Shown one piece after another: positions 39,762-52,307 of a DNA stretch of 64,000 bases. A program made the translations under genes and the position numbers. Under the pieces are notes generated by a model. The model was not told where the DNA came from. It was given only the letters and a program-made list of their open reading frames with translations, and made no database searches. Origin of the DNA: Squalus acanthias (lineage: Eukaryota); contig CM059428.1 of the NCBI GenBank assembly GCA_030390025.1, forward strand, positions 33,728,001 to 33,792,000, written 5' to 3'. The number at the start of each line of letters is the position of its first letter. The stretch's first letter is position 1.

Positions 39762-40067
39762 AATGCCTCTGCTATCTCTTCCCTAGATTCTTTTAAAATG
39801 TGTGGATGCAATCCATCCGGACCAGGGGTTTTATCCTCTTTGAGTTTGATTAGTTTATTTAATATATACCCTCTTTTTATTTTAAATGCACTTATCTCAT
39901 TACTAATCTCATCATCCAATGTCATGTCTACCTGTTCTATCTCCCTTGTAAATACTGAAGCAAAATAATGATTTAATATTTCTGCCATCTCTCTATCGTT
40001 ACCGGTGGTATTATCCTGTCTATCCCTTAATGGCCCTATTCCCATCCCAACCTTCCTTTATTATTAT

Positions 40068-40226
40068 AAAAACTGAAAATGCTGGAAATACTCAGCAGGT
40101 CAGGCAGCATCTGTGGAGAGAGAAACAGAGTTAACGTTTCAGGTCGATGACCCTTAGTCAGAACTAGAAAAAACTCTCCACAGATGCTGCCTGACCTGCT
40201 GAGTATTTCCAGCATTTTCTTTTGAC
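40068..40226. mobile_element. Inverted pair of Penelope pseudo-LTR fragments
   Basis: Perfect inverted arms of about 46 bp (gaaaatgctgg...tgtggagag / ctctccaca...ccagcattttc) around a mutated hammerhead motif. Confidence 0.85.
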
Positions 40227-42119
40227 TTTTCTCCAAATCTCCCTTATCGTGTACTCCCTTGCTGTATATCTACTTAATGTATGGCTCTTTCCTTACCCTC
40301 AATTGTTCCCTTATGGCTTTATTCATCCATGGAGTCTCATTAGTGTTTAGTTTGTTCTTTCCTTTTAGTGGAATATATTGTTCCTGCACTCTGTTGACCA
40401 CCGTTTTAAATGTTTCCCATTGCTGGTCTACATTGTTGTTTGCTAATATTGTTGCCCATTTTATTTTCCCAAGTTCTATTCTCAGCCCCTCAAAAATCAG
40501 CTTTTCTCCAATATATTGCCCTGGTTTTAGTCATACTTGGGTCCTTCTCAATTATCACCTTAAAGCGTATTATATTATGGTCACTATTGTCTAGACGTTC
40601 CCCTACTTGTACTTCTCTTATCTGCTCTGGTTCATTCCCCAGTACTAGATCCAATAGCGAATCCTCCCTTGTTGGGCTTTTTACATATTGGGTTAGAAAG
40701 GAGTCCAGTACACATTGTAGGAATTCTATTCCCTTATCCCCTTTACCTACCTCTTCTGTCCAATTAATATCAGGGTAGTTGAAATCCCCCATGATTATTA
40801 TTCTATGTTTTTTACTAATTTCCCTAATTTGTCTGCATCTTTCTTCCTCCACCTTCCTTCCACTATTAGGTGGTCTGTAGACTACACCTATTAGTGTGAT
40901 TGATCCTTTATTATCTTTTATCTCTATCCATATGGATTCTATTTTTGTCTTGTGGATAGCTGCGTCACTTTTTTCTACTGCCATTATGTTATCCCTAATA
41001 AGTACAGCTACTCCACCTCCCCTTTTTCCCCCCTCTCTATCTTTTCTAAATTTGTTATACCCTGCAATGTTTAATTCCCAGTCCTGATTTTTCTGCATCA
41101 TATCTCAGTAATCCCTACTATATCTGGTTCCTCGCAACGCATGACTGCCTCCAGCTCCCCTGTTTTATTACAGACACTGTGTGTATTGCTATACAGACAG
41201 TTTAAACTCATTTTTAATAGGATTTCCTCTCACTTTATGTTTAACCATCCTTTTAGACTCCTGTTCCAAAACTCTATTTATTCCCTTGCCATCAATGTCC
41301 TCCCTTACTTTATTCTTTCCTGTGCTCTCTTTTCCTGTTTTGTTTATAATTAGGCTGGTTACGTTTCTTGTAGATCCCTGCACCCATCTTACTAGTTTAA
41401 AGCCTTTGCCACCTTGCTATTTACCCTTTCCGCCTGGACACGGGTCCCATCCCGGTTCAGGTGGAGCCCATCCCATCGGTACAGCTCCTTCCCGTCCCAG
41501 AACTAGTGCCAGTGTCCCATGAAAAGGAGCCCCTCTTTCCCACACCAGCCCTTTCGCTACGTGTTAATTCTCCTGATCTGTCTGCTTCTATGCCAATTTG
41601 CATGTGGCTCGGGCAATAATCCAGAGATTATTACCCTCGAGGTCCTGCTTTTTAATTTAGAGCTAACTCCTGAAACTCTTTCAGCAGGACCTACTCCCTG
41701 TTCCTATCTATGTCGTTTGTTCCAACATGGACCATGACAACTGGATTTACCCCCTCCCTTTCCAACCGCCGTGAGATATCCCTTACCCTGGCACCGGGTA
41801 GGCAACACACCCTTCGGGATTCTCGTTCTTGGTTGCAGAGGATGCTATCTATTCCCCTAATTATAGCGTCCCCTATCACTACCACATTTCTATTCTGCTC
41901 TACCCCGCCCACCCCCCTCCTTGGTCTGCATTGTGGCTGTCCTCCCTGCAGTCTTTCTCCTTGTCCCTACAGGTAGTGAGTACTTCGTACCTGTTGGACA
42001 GAACCAGTGTCTGCAGGACCTCCTTCTCAACCTCTCCTAAATCCTCACTACCCGGCACCCTAGCAGTCACACCCTCCCCTTCCTGAACCTGTGTTTTCCT
42101 CAGAGGTGTGACTGCATTC

Positions 42120-42730
42120 TGTTGGGGTCGGGAGTGAAGGGTTATGGACTTAACACCAGTTTTAAGGAAACTAAAAGAAACCCTGGATTGCTGAAAAAGG
42201 AGGATTTGGTTAAAAGTTAACAACAAAGGATAGAGCACAGAATTGTTAACCTAACTGCTTAGAAGGTTAAATGAGATGACGTACTTTAGTGGAGATAAGG
42301 GATGAGGTTGAAGAAGACAGCTGCCTAGCTGGACCTTGAGAGATTGTGGGAACGTTAAAAAAAATGTTTTTGCATCAGGGCAAGAGGGGGAGGATGGAAA
42401 GTTACTGAAGTTTGGTTTTCCAGCAGCCAGGGTATAAAAGACGGACATAAGAGAAAAAACTGCAGTCAGTAGGGAAGGAGTCCACTGTCCAAGGTATCGT
42501 CAAAAGTGTACCCTCAGACAAGGGCGTGATAACTCCTTCATTTTAGGAGTTATACAGACTCTCCTTTTAAGGTTGTATTGTTAATTGTTTATTACTTCTA
42601 CCAATTACACAATAAAGCATTATTGATTTTACCAATATGTCTACTTGTGTCTGTGACTGATCTTCCCTCTGGGTTTGAACCTAAAATGTATAGACAGAGT
42701 GAAATCCTACAAAGTGGGTAAAATCCTACA
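42120..42730 (+). mobile_element. Probable LTR
   Basis: TGT...ACA termini, TATAAAA at about 42433, AATAAA at about 42611; no TSD seen; abuts the 5' end of the CR1. Confidence 0.55.
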
Positions 42731-43130
42731 GAAGGGGGAGGAGGGAAGGGCAAGAGAAATTAGCCCCACAGCTGACTCCATTATCCTCTACCTTCGATTG
42801 CATCTTTTAAATCTGGCATTTTTTGCACTTTAATGCAGACTCAACCCTGAAGGTGAACTCCGTGACTAATAGCTAATCAAATTAAGCCATACTATCAATG
42901 ATGACCTTTCAACACTTTAATATTTCCTAAATGTCCTTCTGAAGATCATAAGTGAAACAATGCTGCTGAGCAGCGAAATACTGAGGACCAGTTTGTGCCT
43001 TGGAGATGCCTGTAGCATTGGAGGTTGGGAGGAGATACTCACAGGTCATAGGTCAACATCAGACAACAACACTGCTGAAGGATTGCTAGCCTAGGAAGTC
43101 CTTCTGATGCATGATTGGCCTATCCTAAAT

Positions 43131-43897
43131 CAATGTTGTCCCAATATGTTAGCCGCACGTGGCCAATTGGGAATCAAATGAGGCTAACTGCATTTTTGAT
43201 TTAATGAGTAATAGACAGTCACTGGGCATGTGATCTTAATATGCATTCACACAGGATATGCATGTGTACTGTAGCCTTAATGTGCATTTGTTGGTAAATT
43301 GGAAAGATGAAAAGCAGAGTATTTTTGATCATTCGGTGCGCTTTACTTCCTTGGTTGCTGCTTATTGGTTATCTACTAAAATGGTGTTCAATACAGGTGA
43401 AAATGCCAGACTTCAGCACCATGGAAACACCAGCACCATGGCATGGAGAGGAGAGTTGTCATCATGGTTAGCTCGACCAATCGGAATAACCACTCCAGGC
43501 CAGAAGAAAGCAAACCCAACTAGTAACGAGCAGCTCCAACAGGCACAACATGTCAAAGGGCAAGCTCCATCTGGATGGAGAGCAGGGGCCGGGTCTGGCA
43601 CATCTTGTCGTACAAGTCAACATTTTCAGCAATCATTCTGATGAAGTCAATGTACTGCTCTCAACATGTGGTGTGCCTGATATATTCATGCCATAATTCA
43701 AAACTTTTGGTGAAAGAGAAAAACTGCAAAGTTTCACACTGAATGGTGGTAGATGCTTATTAAGTAAATATACATGTGAAGTACATTTACTTGTATTGTG
43801 CACAAGATGCTTTCAATAAAATTAGTGCTTATGGCTAAAAATGGTGTCGCTGTAGCCACATCTCTGGCTAGTCAGTGATTTCTATTGGACAACACTG
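43131..43897 (+). mobile_element. hAT/Charlie internal-deletion element
   Basis: TIRs caatgttgtcccaata / tattggacaacactg; 8-bp TSD tcctaaat/tcctatat; 43614-43742 reads KSTFSAIILMKSMY...LVKEKNCKVSH*, like a Charlie transposase C-terminus. Confidence 0.8.
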
Positions 43898-46800
43898 TCC
43901 TATATTATGTGGCGGATAAACCAAAGATTTTTATTAAAAGATTCTCATTTAATACCCTGCTTTATATAGTTCTATAAATCAACTGCAGCTTTCACCATTA
44001 AGAGTGGAAAACATGCATCTTTGAGTGTATCACATCAGTTGTTCATAATTGCAGTTTCAAACAAACTTCCAAGCTCAATATGTTACACATTACATTCAGC
44101 TAACTGTTACAATCATGTGTGTATTGTGATAGCTATGATTTATGATCAAGATTAACACAAACCTAAATAAAAACAGCGAATTCTTCTGCAGATGCCAAGT
44201 GGATAACCTGAGGAGATAGTGCTAAATAAAAAGGATAGATTACTCGCCATATATAGTTTAGTTTTGTTGCCCAATTTCAAAATAGGCACCAATTACGCCA
44301 TTAATGTCACATGACCAGCTTCATTTAGCCCATTACCTGGATGTGCATAAAAAAGTTATAATTTTTCTACAAACCTGGTGTGTAATCACACATAGAAAAC
44401 AAAGCTTTTACCATGCTATTTTTAATTAATCCAGTATCGGAGGATAATTAATTAAAACACAGTCTATTCTATTAGTTCAAAGTCACTTAATTCAAATTTT
44501 TAGCACTAAATTCCTACACTGCTGTAATACTTACATTTACTTATTCAATACCTTGTAATAAACAATGAAAAATTGATCGAGTTATCAGGAGTAGACTGTC
44601 TCATGCCTCATCTTACTGGAGCTCACAATTAACATTTACGGCATCATAATCATGAACTGTAACAGTTCCTAATTTGCCTAAATGTAAGTGGACAATATCT
44701 GATGACACCTTTTCACAACCGATAGAAATTTGGTCAAATGTTAGAGACGACAAGATAATGTTTCTGAGTACACAAGTCAGTTCTGCAACAAAATCTCCTG
44801 CTTCCAGTAGGGCAGGGGATTGTAGCACAGATGCTCAAGGTGTAATAGATCTATAGAGAACCACAGCCTGTGTTCGGTCATTAGGAAATCTGTTTTTGAA
44901 CCCGGAATCTAGTAAACTGAAGGTCGCGCAGAATCCATTTCACTTGCATAAATGTGTCTTTTCGTTATGTAGAACTACCAGGTACACAAGACAGATAATG
45001 CTCATGGTTAACAAAATGTTAACAAGGATAAAATGTTCAGATAGCAAACATCAAAAAGCACCAAAGCAAACAGACTGAAAAGAAACCATATACTAGTACA
45101 GACTCACTGCAATGCTGAAGTACACATGAAGATTTAAAGCTGCAGTATTACTAAATAAAGATATTTAAAATAGCTACAAATGTTTATGGAAAACAAATAG
45201 TAAATTGCTACAAATCTATAATTTTCAAAACTTTGACGGTGGCCATTAACAATTAGACAACTTTTGGAATATTACATTAATCCCTGAAGATACACATTTA
45301 ACCATCAGCGGCAACTTCAACATCGGTACTTGCATTGCTACACCATATACCTTTAAGTGTGTAGTGAATGGATATTGTACCTCAAACACTCCAAGACAAG
45401 TAAAAGTAGGAGTTGCAGTACTTAGGGTCTTTTAACTACAATAGGTTTAATATTCTAGGTAAACCAACTGGCTAGCAAACAACATTTAGGATTTTATTGG
45501 TTCTTAATTCTTGGGATGATTTTAAGTCCATCAAGGAGATAAGCATTTTGGAATAAAATACTTTTTCCTTCAAGCACTTCCTCGGCTAGATGAATAAGCA
45601 ACTGCAGAGTAAACAGTATTCCTCAATCCCAACTCCTGAAAACCATTCAAATGCACCAGTAAGATATTTTCCTATTTCCTCCAGCTATCCTCAGACTGTG
45701 ACTGTCAAATTAATACTGAATAATGTAGTTTTGCAATAGAAACTCGTGCACACCAGATCATCCAAAATCCCTTTGGTTTCATTAACTTTTTTTTGTGTTT
45801 CCTGGTTTCCCCATGCCACATACCATTCCCAACTAAGGGAATAGGAAGGGGATGCAAGGTCTGCTCACAGTCCTCATCAGATGCAGGTCTGGAACTGATA
45901 CTGGGAGGTATGAAAGAATAGCATCTAATTTCTGCCTTATCCACCCTCATGCCCAAATGCATGAAGATCAGGAACTCACTATTTAAAACTCAGTGTATGA
46001 GAGAATCAACTCGCTGCTCAGCACACTGCCTATTCCATCCACTTGGAACTTTTCCTTTTCACTCCCGAATACAAATGGTTTCCTTTACACACCCACATCA
46101 GATTAAATTAAAATGGACAATGCACTGTAATATGGAGTTGTGGAACATCAATTTGATCTCCACTCTACTCAGTCCGCAGTCTCAGCCACAGCGATAAGAA
46201 AGAAAAATATAATCTCCAGCAGACTACCGTGTGTCTCCTAATGGTCAACACAGATCATCAGCAGGGGCCCAGGAGTGAATTACCCATCTGTCCAATTCTT
46301 GGGTCATGTATACATATGGAAAACGGAATTAGAATTGAGGGAGGTCATTCTCTTATTAGACCAGTTGGGCCGAATGGCCTGTTCTGTGCTGTACATTCTA
46401 CGTAAAACAAAAATCCTTGTTCCATGCCCACCTTGTATTGGGGTACTGTTACAAGTTGACAACTCAGCTTGCCATAAAACAGTTATCCCATACAGGCCTT
46501 GGATTAGCAACAGAACTAATTATGTCACAATGGTCATCTGAAAAATAAGGCAAATAATACTATTCTTTAAAACTCTACTTTATTATTTTTTTTAAAAACG
46601 CTTAATTTTGGAAAAAAAGGGGTATATTGTAATTGCTTTACAACCACCATTCTCAATGTACATTAATGTGGAATTCAGCACTAGATACAAATCTTTTATT
46701 ATTTATCAAAGAAAAAGTTTGAATGCTACCGGTTGCATATCAAACGTTAGCAACTTAAAAAGTTCTCATTTTATACTGTATATTGCAGCTTTAGAATCAA

Positions 46801-47324
46801 CAGAAAAGAGAGAAATATGGAAGAAATAGTTGTAGGACAGAAAGCCATGGTCAAGGAGTACATTCAATGGGCATTATACTGTGCATGTACATACCGGTAC
46901 TGCCATCCGGTCACAAGGTTGGTATATTTCATAAGATAGCCCTGTACACTTTCAAATTGACTACATCATAGGGCCGATATCCAGAAATAACGACAGGAGA
47001 GAAAAGAAGAAAATTATTGTTGCTTAATAGCAAGAGTAAACTTTTAACATATGCAGTCAATTTTACATAAGACGTTTCAAAAACTATTTAATATCTAGTT
47101 TGAACATGTGCACAAGTGCATGTCTGCAGCATTATGGAATAGAAACCATCATTGGTATAAAAGCATGGTAATTAATTCATTTTTATGAAATATATTATAC
47201 AGACTGATTTTTTTTCAGTACAGAGGAGGTTGGAGAGGAAAGAAATGATGGGAGAGAAAGCAAGACTCCATATCCCCCTCTGGTATAACTTCGCCTACTA
47301 ACAATCAACATAGACCTGCTACTC

Positions 47325-48585
47325 CAGGGGTGGGCAATTATTTGGGCTGGAGAGCCACTCAACAGGTTTTGGTGAGCTAGAGGGCCATACACAAAATGAA
47401 TTGCGTTAACAACAGCTACCATTAAAATTTGTTATGGCATTTATTGTATAAAAGAACCTTCATGTCATTTCCACACTTAAAATAAAAACACTTAACATGC
47501 TAATGAATGATACAGGTTTACGAGTCACATCAAAAAGTACACGTCTGTTTATTCCAAATGGTCTAAATTCATTCTTAGTGGAAAATGAGAGATCGATTCT
47601 GCTTCCACTGGCAATTATAAACAAGGTATAAGGCACAAACAAGGATAAAATCATTTACACAACCTTTAAAAATTGCACATGAAAGTGCTACTTTGATGCT
47701 TTTGAAACCTCGCTAAGAAATAATTAGGTGACTCGGAAAATGATTTATACCGCAAATTGTGCCCCAGATCAGCCATCAAATTGGGTTTCTTCATTGTCAA
47801 CGTACTATCACTCCTGAGAAAAGCCAAGATGCCTGTAGAGTTTGCAGACTTTCAATTGAGAATGGGCACAAGTAATGCACCATTATAATACACATTTCTT
47901 CAGCGTTCTATTTATTACTTGGACTGGCCAATGACATAAATCTCTACAACCCCTCTACAACCCTCTTCCAATAAACTTAAACTGCTCATCGTATAGGGAA
48001 AAAGGGCTTAAATTAAAAAACAATGAATGCAATGTCCAATATACCCGGGTCCATTTAGTTATGCCTCCACTATGCTAATTAAGTGGGATAATATTAAAAC
48101 AAGCGAATAAGTGTGCAAGAATTAATAACCCCATTAACAGTCATTGGTGAGAGCGAAGTGTTAAATCGATCGATCGATTATATGTTGTACTGAAAGTCTA
48201 CGTGGCTGTTTGGCAGAGCAGCTCGAGTCTATGGGGCCTCCGACGCGAGAGGTGTTCGCTTTAGTGTGCCAAGTACAGGAGCCCGAGGCTTCGCAAGGCC
48301 TGAACTACAATCGCGTGCCATTACCTGGAGTCCTTGTGCTCCAGGATTAACTCCCGTGTCTAAGACAGTGATGAGAACCCCCCCCTACCATCATACTCTG
48401 GGTACCAGGAGAGGAAAGATGCAGCGTCGGTCTCTTTCTTCAGTAAAAGAGTCATCGAGATGAGAAGCCATGACTCAACTCAGCTTCAAATCCGGCTCAC
48501 ATTCTATTTCTGTCCTGTCCAGTGGGCCAGATGATGAATCGACAGGCCAGATATGGGCCCCCGGGCCGTATTTTGCCCAATACTG
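47325..48585. mobile_element. hAT/Charlie non-autonomous element
   Basis: caggggtgggcaa ... ttgcccaatactg with subterminal ggcccccgggcc; 8-bp flanks tgctactc/tactagtc (6 of 8 match). Confidence 0.7.
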
Positions 48586-50095
48586 TACTAGTCCCTTTTC
48601 CATTATACACATCTGGACTTGCAGAATCAAAGTATGTGGAAACAGCAGCAGAGCACAAGGACGAGGGAGAAAAAGAGTCCATTTTCTTCAAAAAGTGGCA
48701 TGAGCATATACAGAGATAAAAACTGCAGCGATAGGGAACTTAATTTCTCACTACTCCTGTTATGGTCTCTACTACACACCATCCTTAACCAAGAAGGGTT
48801 GGCCTTTGATAATGTTCTGTAACTCAGTGTATGCAAGCAATGCATAGGGACTCTCAGATCTTCCTGAGCTGTGGTGAAGTACTTGGTGGCATTTCCCCAT
48901 TTTTTAAAACTCGCATCCAATTGTTTGCTAAAAAAAAGGCAAAAATTTCAAGTCCTCCATTCTTTGAAAATGTGGTGTAAGTGAGATCAACATTTTTTGC
49001 AGGGTCATAAAAGTTTGCACGGTTCAACAAAATTCTTCAACTTCTTCCAATGTAAATCCAGTGCAAACCATCCTCTCCCACTTCTTTCTAACTCAATCAA
49101 GGAAAAAACAGTTCCATAATGCCTTAACTGATTTACTAATGCTTATTTTTATTTTTTAAGCACAGAAATAAACTGTGCCATTAATTCACCTTTGTGATGC
49201 ACAAACATCAGACCAGGAGAGTTATCCCTATGATGAAGGGACTGTCATTGACTTTTACATATTTTCCAGCTGCAATTCAAATGTTACAGGGTGGATTTTC
49301 AAAGCAAATTGCAGCCAATTCCAAAGCATATTGCATTTCCTTCTGAGGTTGCCAGTGATTATACTTCTGGATCTTAGCAGAGGTTGCCTTATTATTGCAT
49401 GGTTGGTGGCAGTCTATGCCATCTGTCTCTAGGTGTGATCAATAACTGGATCAGGCTGCATTCCTAGGCAAAGTAAAAATGGAAAAAGAAAATAAATTCT
49501 GCATCTTTGTCAGGTCAAATTCATCCAGACTTTCATCTAACCCCTTTCCTATCTAAGCAACAAGTACGTGAGGCTCTCTGAACCATTAGACCGCCTGGAT
49601 TCTCTCCGGGAGCTCTAGAATGGAGAAGTTGAAAGCATTTTTCCCTACTGGGAAGCTTTATCTATGCCCTCCTGCCCTGTCTTCCATCTCCCCTACGACT
49701 GGTCTTGCTATTGCTTGGCAAATTTTAACCACCAGAGAATGAAAGCAATTGTTATTCCCCATCACAAGTACACTGGCCAGACCTCAAGTGAGCCAAATTC
49801 TCATAGTCATATTACTAGCTTCTGCATTGTATGGTAGGCATGTCTCCAACCAGGGACTTTATTCATCCAATTAGGTATTTTTGGATACATCATTTGTGGT
49901 GATTATATTCTCATGTTATAGCCTTATTCGTACTGTTGATACTACAAATCTCATTGTTAATGATTTTTTTTTATTCATATTTTATTTCAAAAAAATTTTA
50001 AATCACCAAGTTACACCAAAGAAAATTCAAAAGTCTTAAAATAAATGCTAAATTGGGCAGTCAATGAAATAGCAGAAATTAAACAAAAAGACGAT

Positions 50096-50801
50096 GGCCC
50101 GTATTTTCCGATCAGAGGCTTCCTGGGTGCGGAGGCCTCTGATCTGGAAAAAATCTACACCCTTACTCCAGAGGTCTGGCCATTTCCGCTCTTGGGCCTC
50201 TGCTCTATAAAATGCGCAGGGCCCAGGTATCCCGGGGCGCATGCGGTTCGCAAGCGTCCCTGGGATCACGTGGGCCATGGGGAACCAATGAAAGAAGGGA
50301 ATCTCCCTTCATACTTTTGACAGCTTAGACCTGTCAAAAGTATGAATGGAGATCACTCCAAAAATACATCAAAACATTAAATACATTTTTTTTTAATCAC
50401 GTTTTTAAAATTAGTTAAAATTACATTAAATTAAATATTTTAAACAAAAATTTTTTTTTTTTTTTTTAAATTCAAGTTTTTTTACGGGGCTAAAAATAAA
50501 CTTACCCTTTTTAAAAAGTATGTTTAAATCATAAATGAGTGAAAAAAAAGTGTTTTTTAAAAAAAAAATACTTTTTTAAACTCTTATGCTGGTAAAAGCA
50601 GGGATTTCAGCGTGCGGAGGTTCTGCAGAAAGCGGAACTCTCCACCCAGAGGCCCTTCTCCAGGACAGGCGTGCGATCTGTCAAGAGGATTCTTGACAGA
50701 TCGGAAGTGCCGGTTTTCAGCTTCGCATGCCTAAAACCGGCACTTACGAGGTCCCTACGGGTGTGTACACAGCTCGTACACACCCGTAGGGATCGGAAAA
50801 T
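50096..50801. mobile_element. Harbinger/PIF-like multi-hairpin MITE, copy A
   Basis: Left TIR ggcccgtattttccgatc; right TIR partial (gatcggaaaat); five internal stems of 10-17 bp. Confidence 0.75.
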
Positions 50802-50883
50802 TGCTTTTAAAAATTCCTTGACTTTTTTCTTTTTCTCCTCTTAACTTTCTTCAGCTGTTCAATCTGCAGTGTTTTAGCACATT

Positions 50884-51599
50884 GGCCAACATTTGCGATC
50901 GGAGGCTTCCGACCTGCAAAATTTCTACAAAAGTACCTGATGGCCCGGGAAGAATGGCGGCTTGCGATCCTGGGCCTCTCCGGGTCCGCGCGGGCAGAGC
51001 CCCACGTATCCCAGGGGCGCATGCAGTTCGTAGGCGCTCCTGGGATCACGTGGGCCGACCCAACCAAGAAGAGAATCCCCATTCATACTTTTGACAGGTC
51101 TGTACGTACAGAACTGTTAAAAGTATGAATGGGGATCAGTTAAAAATTATACCAACATTAAATAATTTTTTTTATTACATATTTAAAATTAACTAAAGTG
51201 CCATTTAAATAAATATTTTAAACCAAAATTTAATTGAGAAAAAATTTTTACATTTTTACAGGGCTAAAAATAAAAACTTTACCTTTTTGAAGAATATTTT
51301 TAATTTATAAATATGAGTGATAATTTTTCTATTTTTTAAAACTCTTATGCTGGTAAAAGCAGGCCTTACGCCTGCTTTTACCAGGCGTAAGAATTTGGCA
51401 GGCTTTCAGTGGGCGGAAGTTGTACAAATAGCGCAACTCTCCACCCACAGAGGCCCATCTCCCGGGGATGCGGAGAATCGGTCAAGAGAATTCTTGACAG
51501 TGCCGGGTTTCAGCGCATGTGCTTCGCCTGCCTAAACCATGCACTTGCGCGGCCCCTATGGGCGCGTACACACCCATAGGGGGTCGCAAAATCCAGCTC
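50884..51599. mobile_element. Harbinger/PIF-like multi-hairpin MITE, copy B
   Basis: Collinear with copy A; att on both sides (50881-50883, 51600-51602); 62-bp palindrome 51075-51136. Confidence 0.78.
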
Positions 51600-51828
51600 A
51601 TTGAGATTTCATTCTAATTTTTCACTTCACATTGTTTAAATTTGAATAATTTTGGCAAATTGGATGAAATAAATTTTCACAAGTTGTAGCTATGATAAAG
51701 GAGAAATCAAATATTAATATAAAATAAAACTAAGTAATGCCAACACCTATGTAAAACCTGAATGTATAGAAATAAGTTATTCTGCTAATACTTAAATACC
51801 AAGCTGTAATGGTCCACTGTCTACTTAT

Positions 51829-52307
51829 ACGATAGCAAAATACTGCGGATGCTGGAAAATTGAAACAACAACAGAAAACGCTGGAAAAACTCAGCAGGCC
51901 AGGCAACATCAGTGGAGAGAGAAACAGAGTTAACGTTTCAGGTCGAAACCCTTCGTCAGAACTGAGAAAAAAAGCAGGAAATGAAACAGATAAAAAAGCA
52001 AGTGGGAGGAATAAAAGAACAAAAGGGGTGGTCTGTGGTAAGTAGAGACATTAAGAGATGCTAAAGGCAAGACGAGATGGTAATAGGACAGGTTAAGAAA
52101 CAAAAGGTGGCTCAGAAGTGTGAAGTGCTGGCAGAATGAGAGACAGCTGCCGTGGGGGGAGAGAGAGAGAAAAAAAAGGGAAAAGGCACAAACCAAAAGG
52201 GTGGATAAAAATATATATATTATGATCTGAAATTGTTGAACTCGATATTGAGTCCGGAAGGCTGTTAAGTGCCTAATCGGAAGATGAGGTGCTGTTCCTC
52301 GAGCTTA
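51829..52307 (-). mobile_element. 5'-truncated Penelope-like element with 14-bp TSD
   Basis: cactgtctacttat at 51815-51828 and 52308-52321; encodes KLEEQHLIFRLGT*QPSGLNIEF (GIY-YIG end) followed by UTR and pseudo-LTR. Confidence 0.88.
51928..51963 (-). ncRNA. Minimal type I hammerhead ribozyme motif
   Basis: Minus strand AGUU-CUGACGA-AGGGU-UUCG-ACCU-GAAACGUU-AACU: CUGANGA and GAAA cores, stems I and II, palindromic ACGU in place of stem III. Confidence 0.7.

Larger units (their letters stand above)
33268..42119 (-). mobile_element. Near full-length CR1 LINE (ORF1 SGNH-esterase plus ORF2 APE-RT) split by nested insertions
   Basis: ORF1 VVVIGDAIIRG...CCLPGARVRD...VHVGTND (41691-41912); APE GVVYRPP, MGDFNYP and SDHN (40490-41101); RT 39213-40045 continuing below 34448; tail at 33268. 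Confidence 0.88.

Noticed and set aside
50096-51599. CRISPR-like or terminator array
   Set aside because: Hairpins differ in sequence and spacing, no repeat-spacer periodicity, eukaryotic context.
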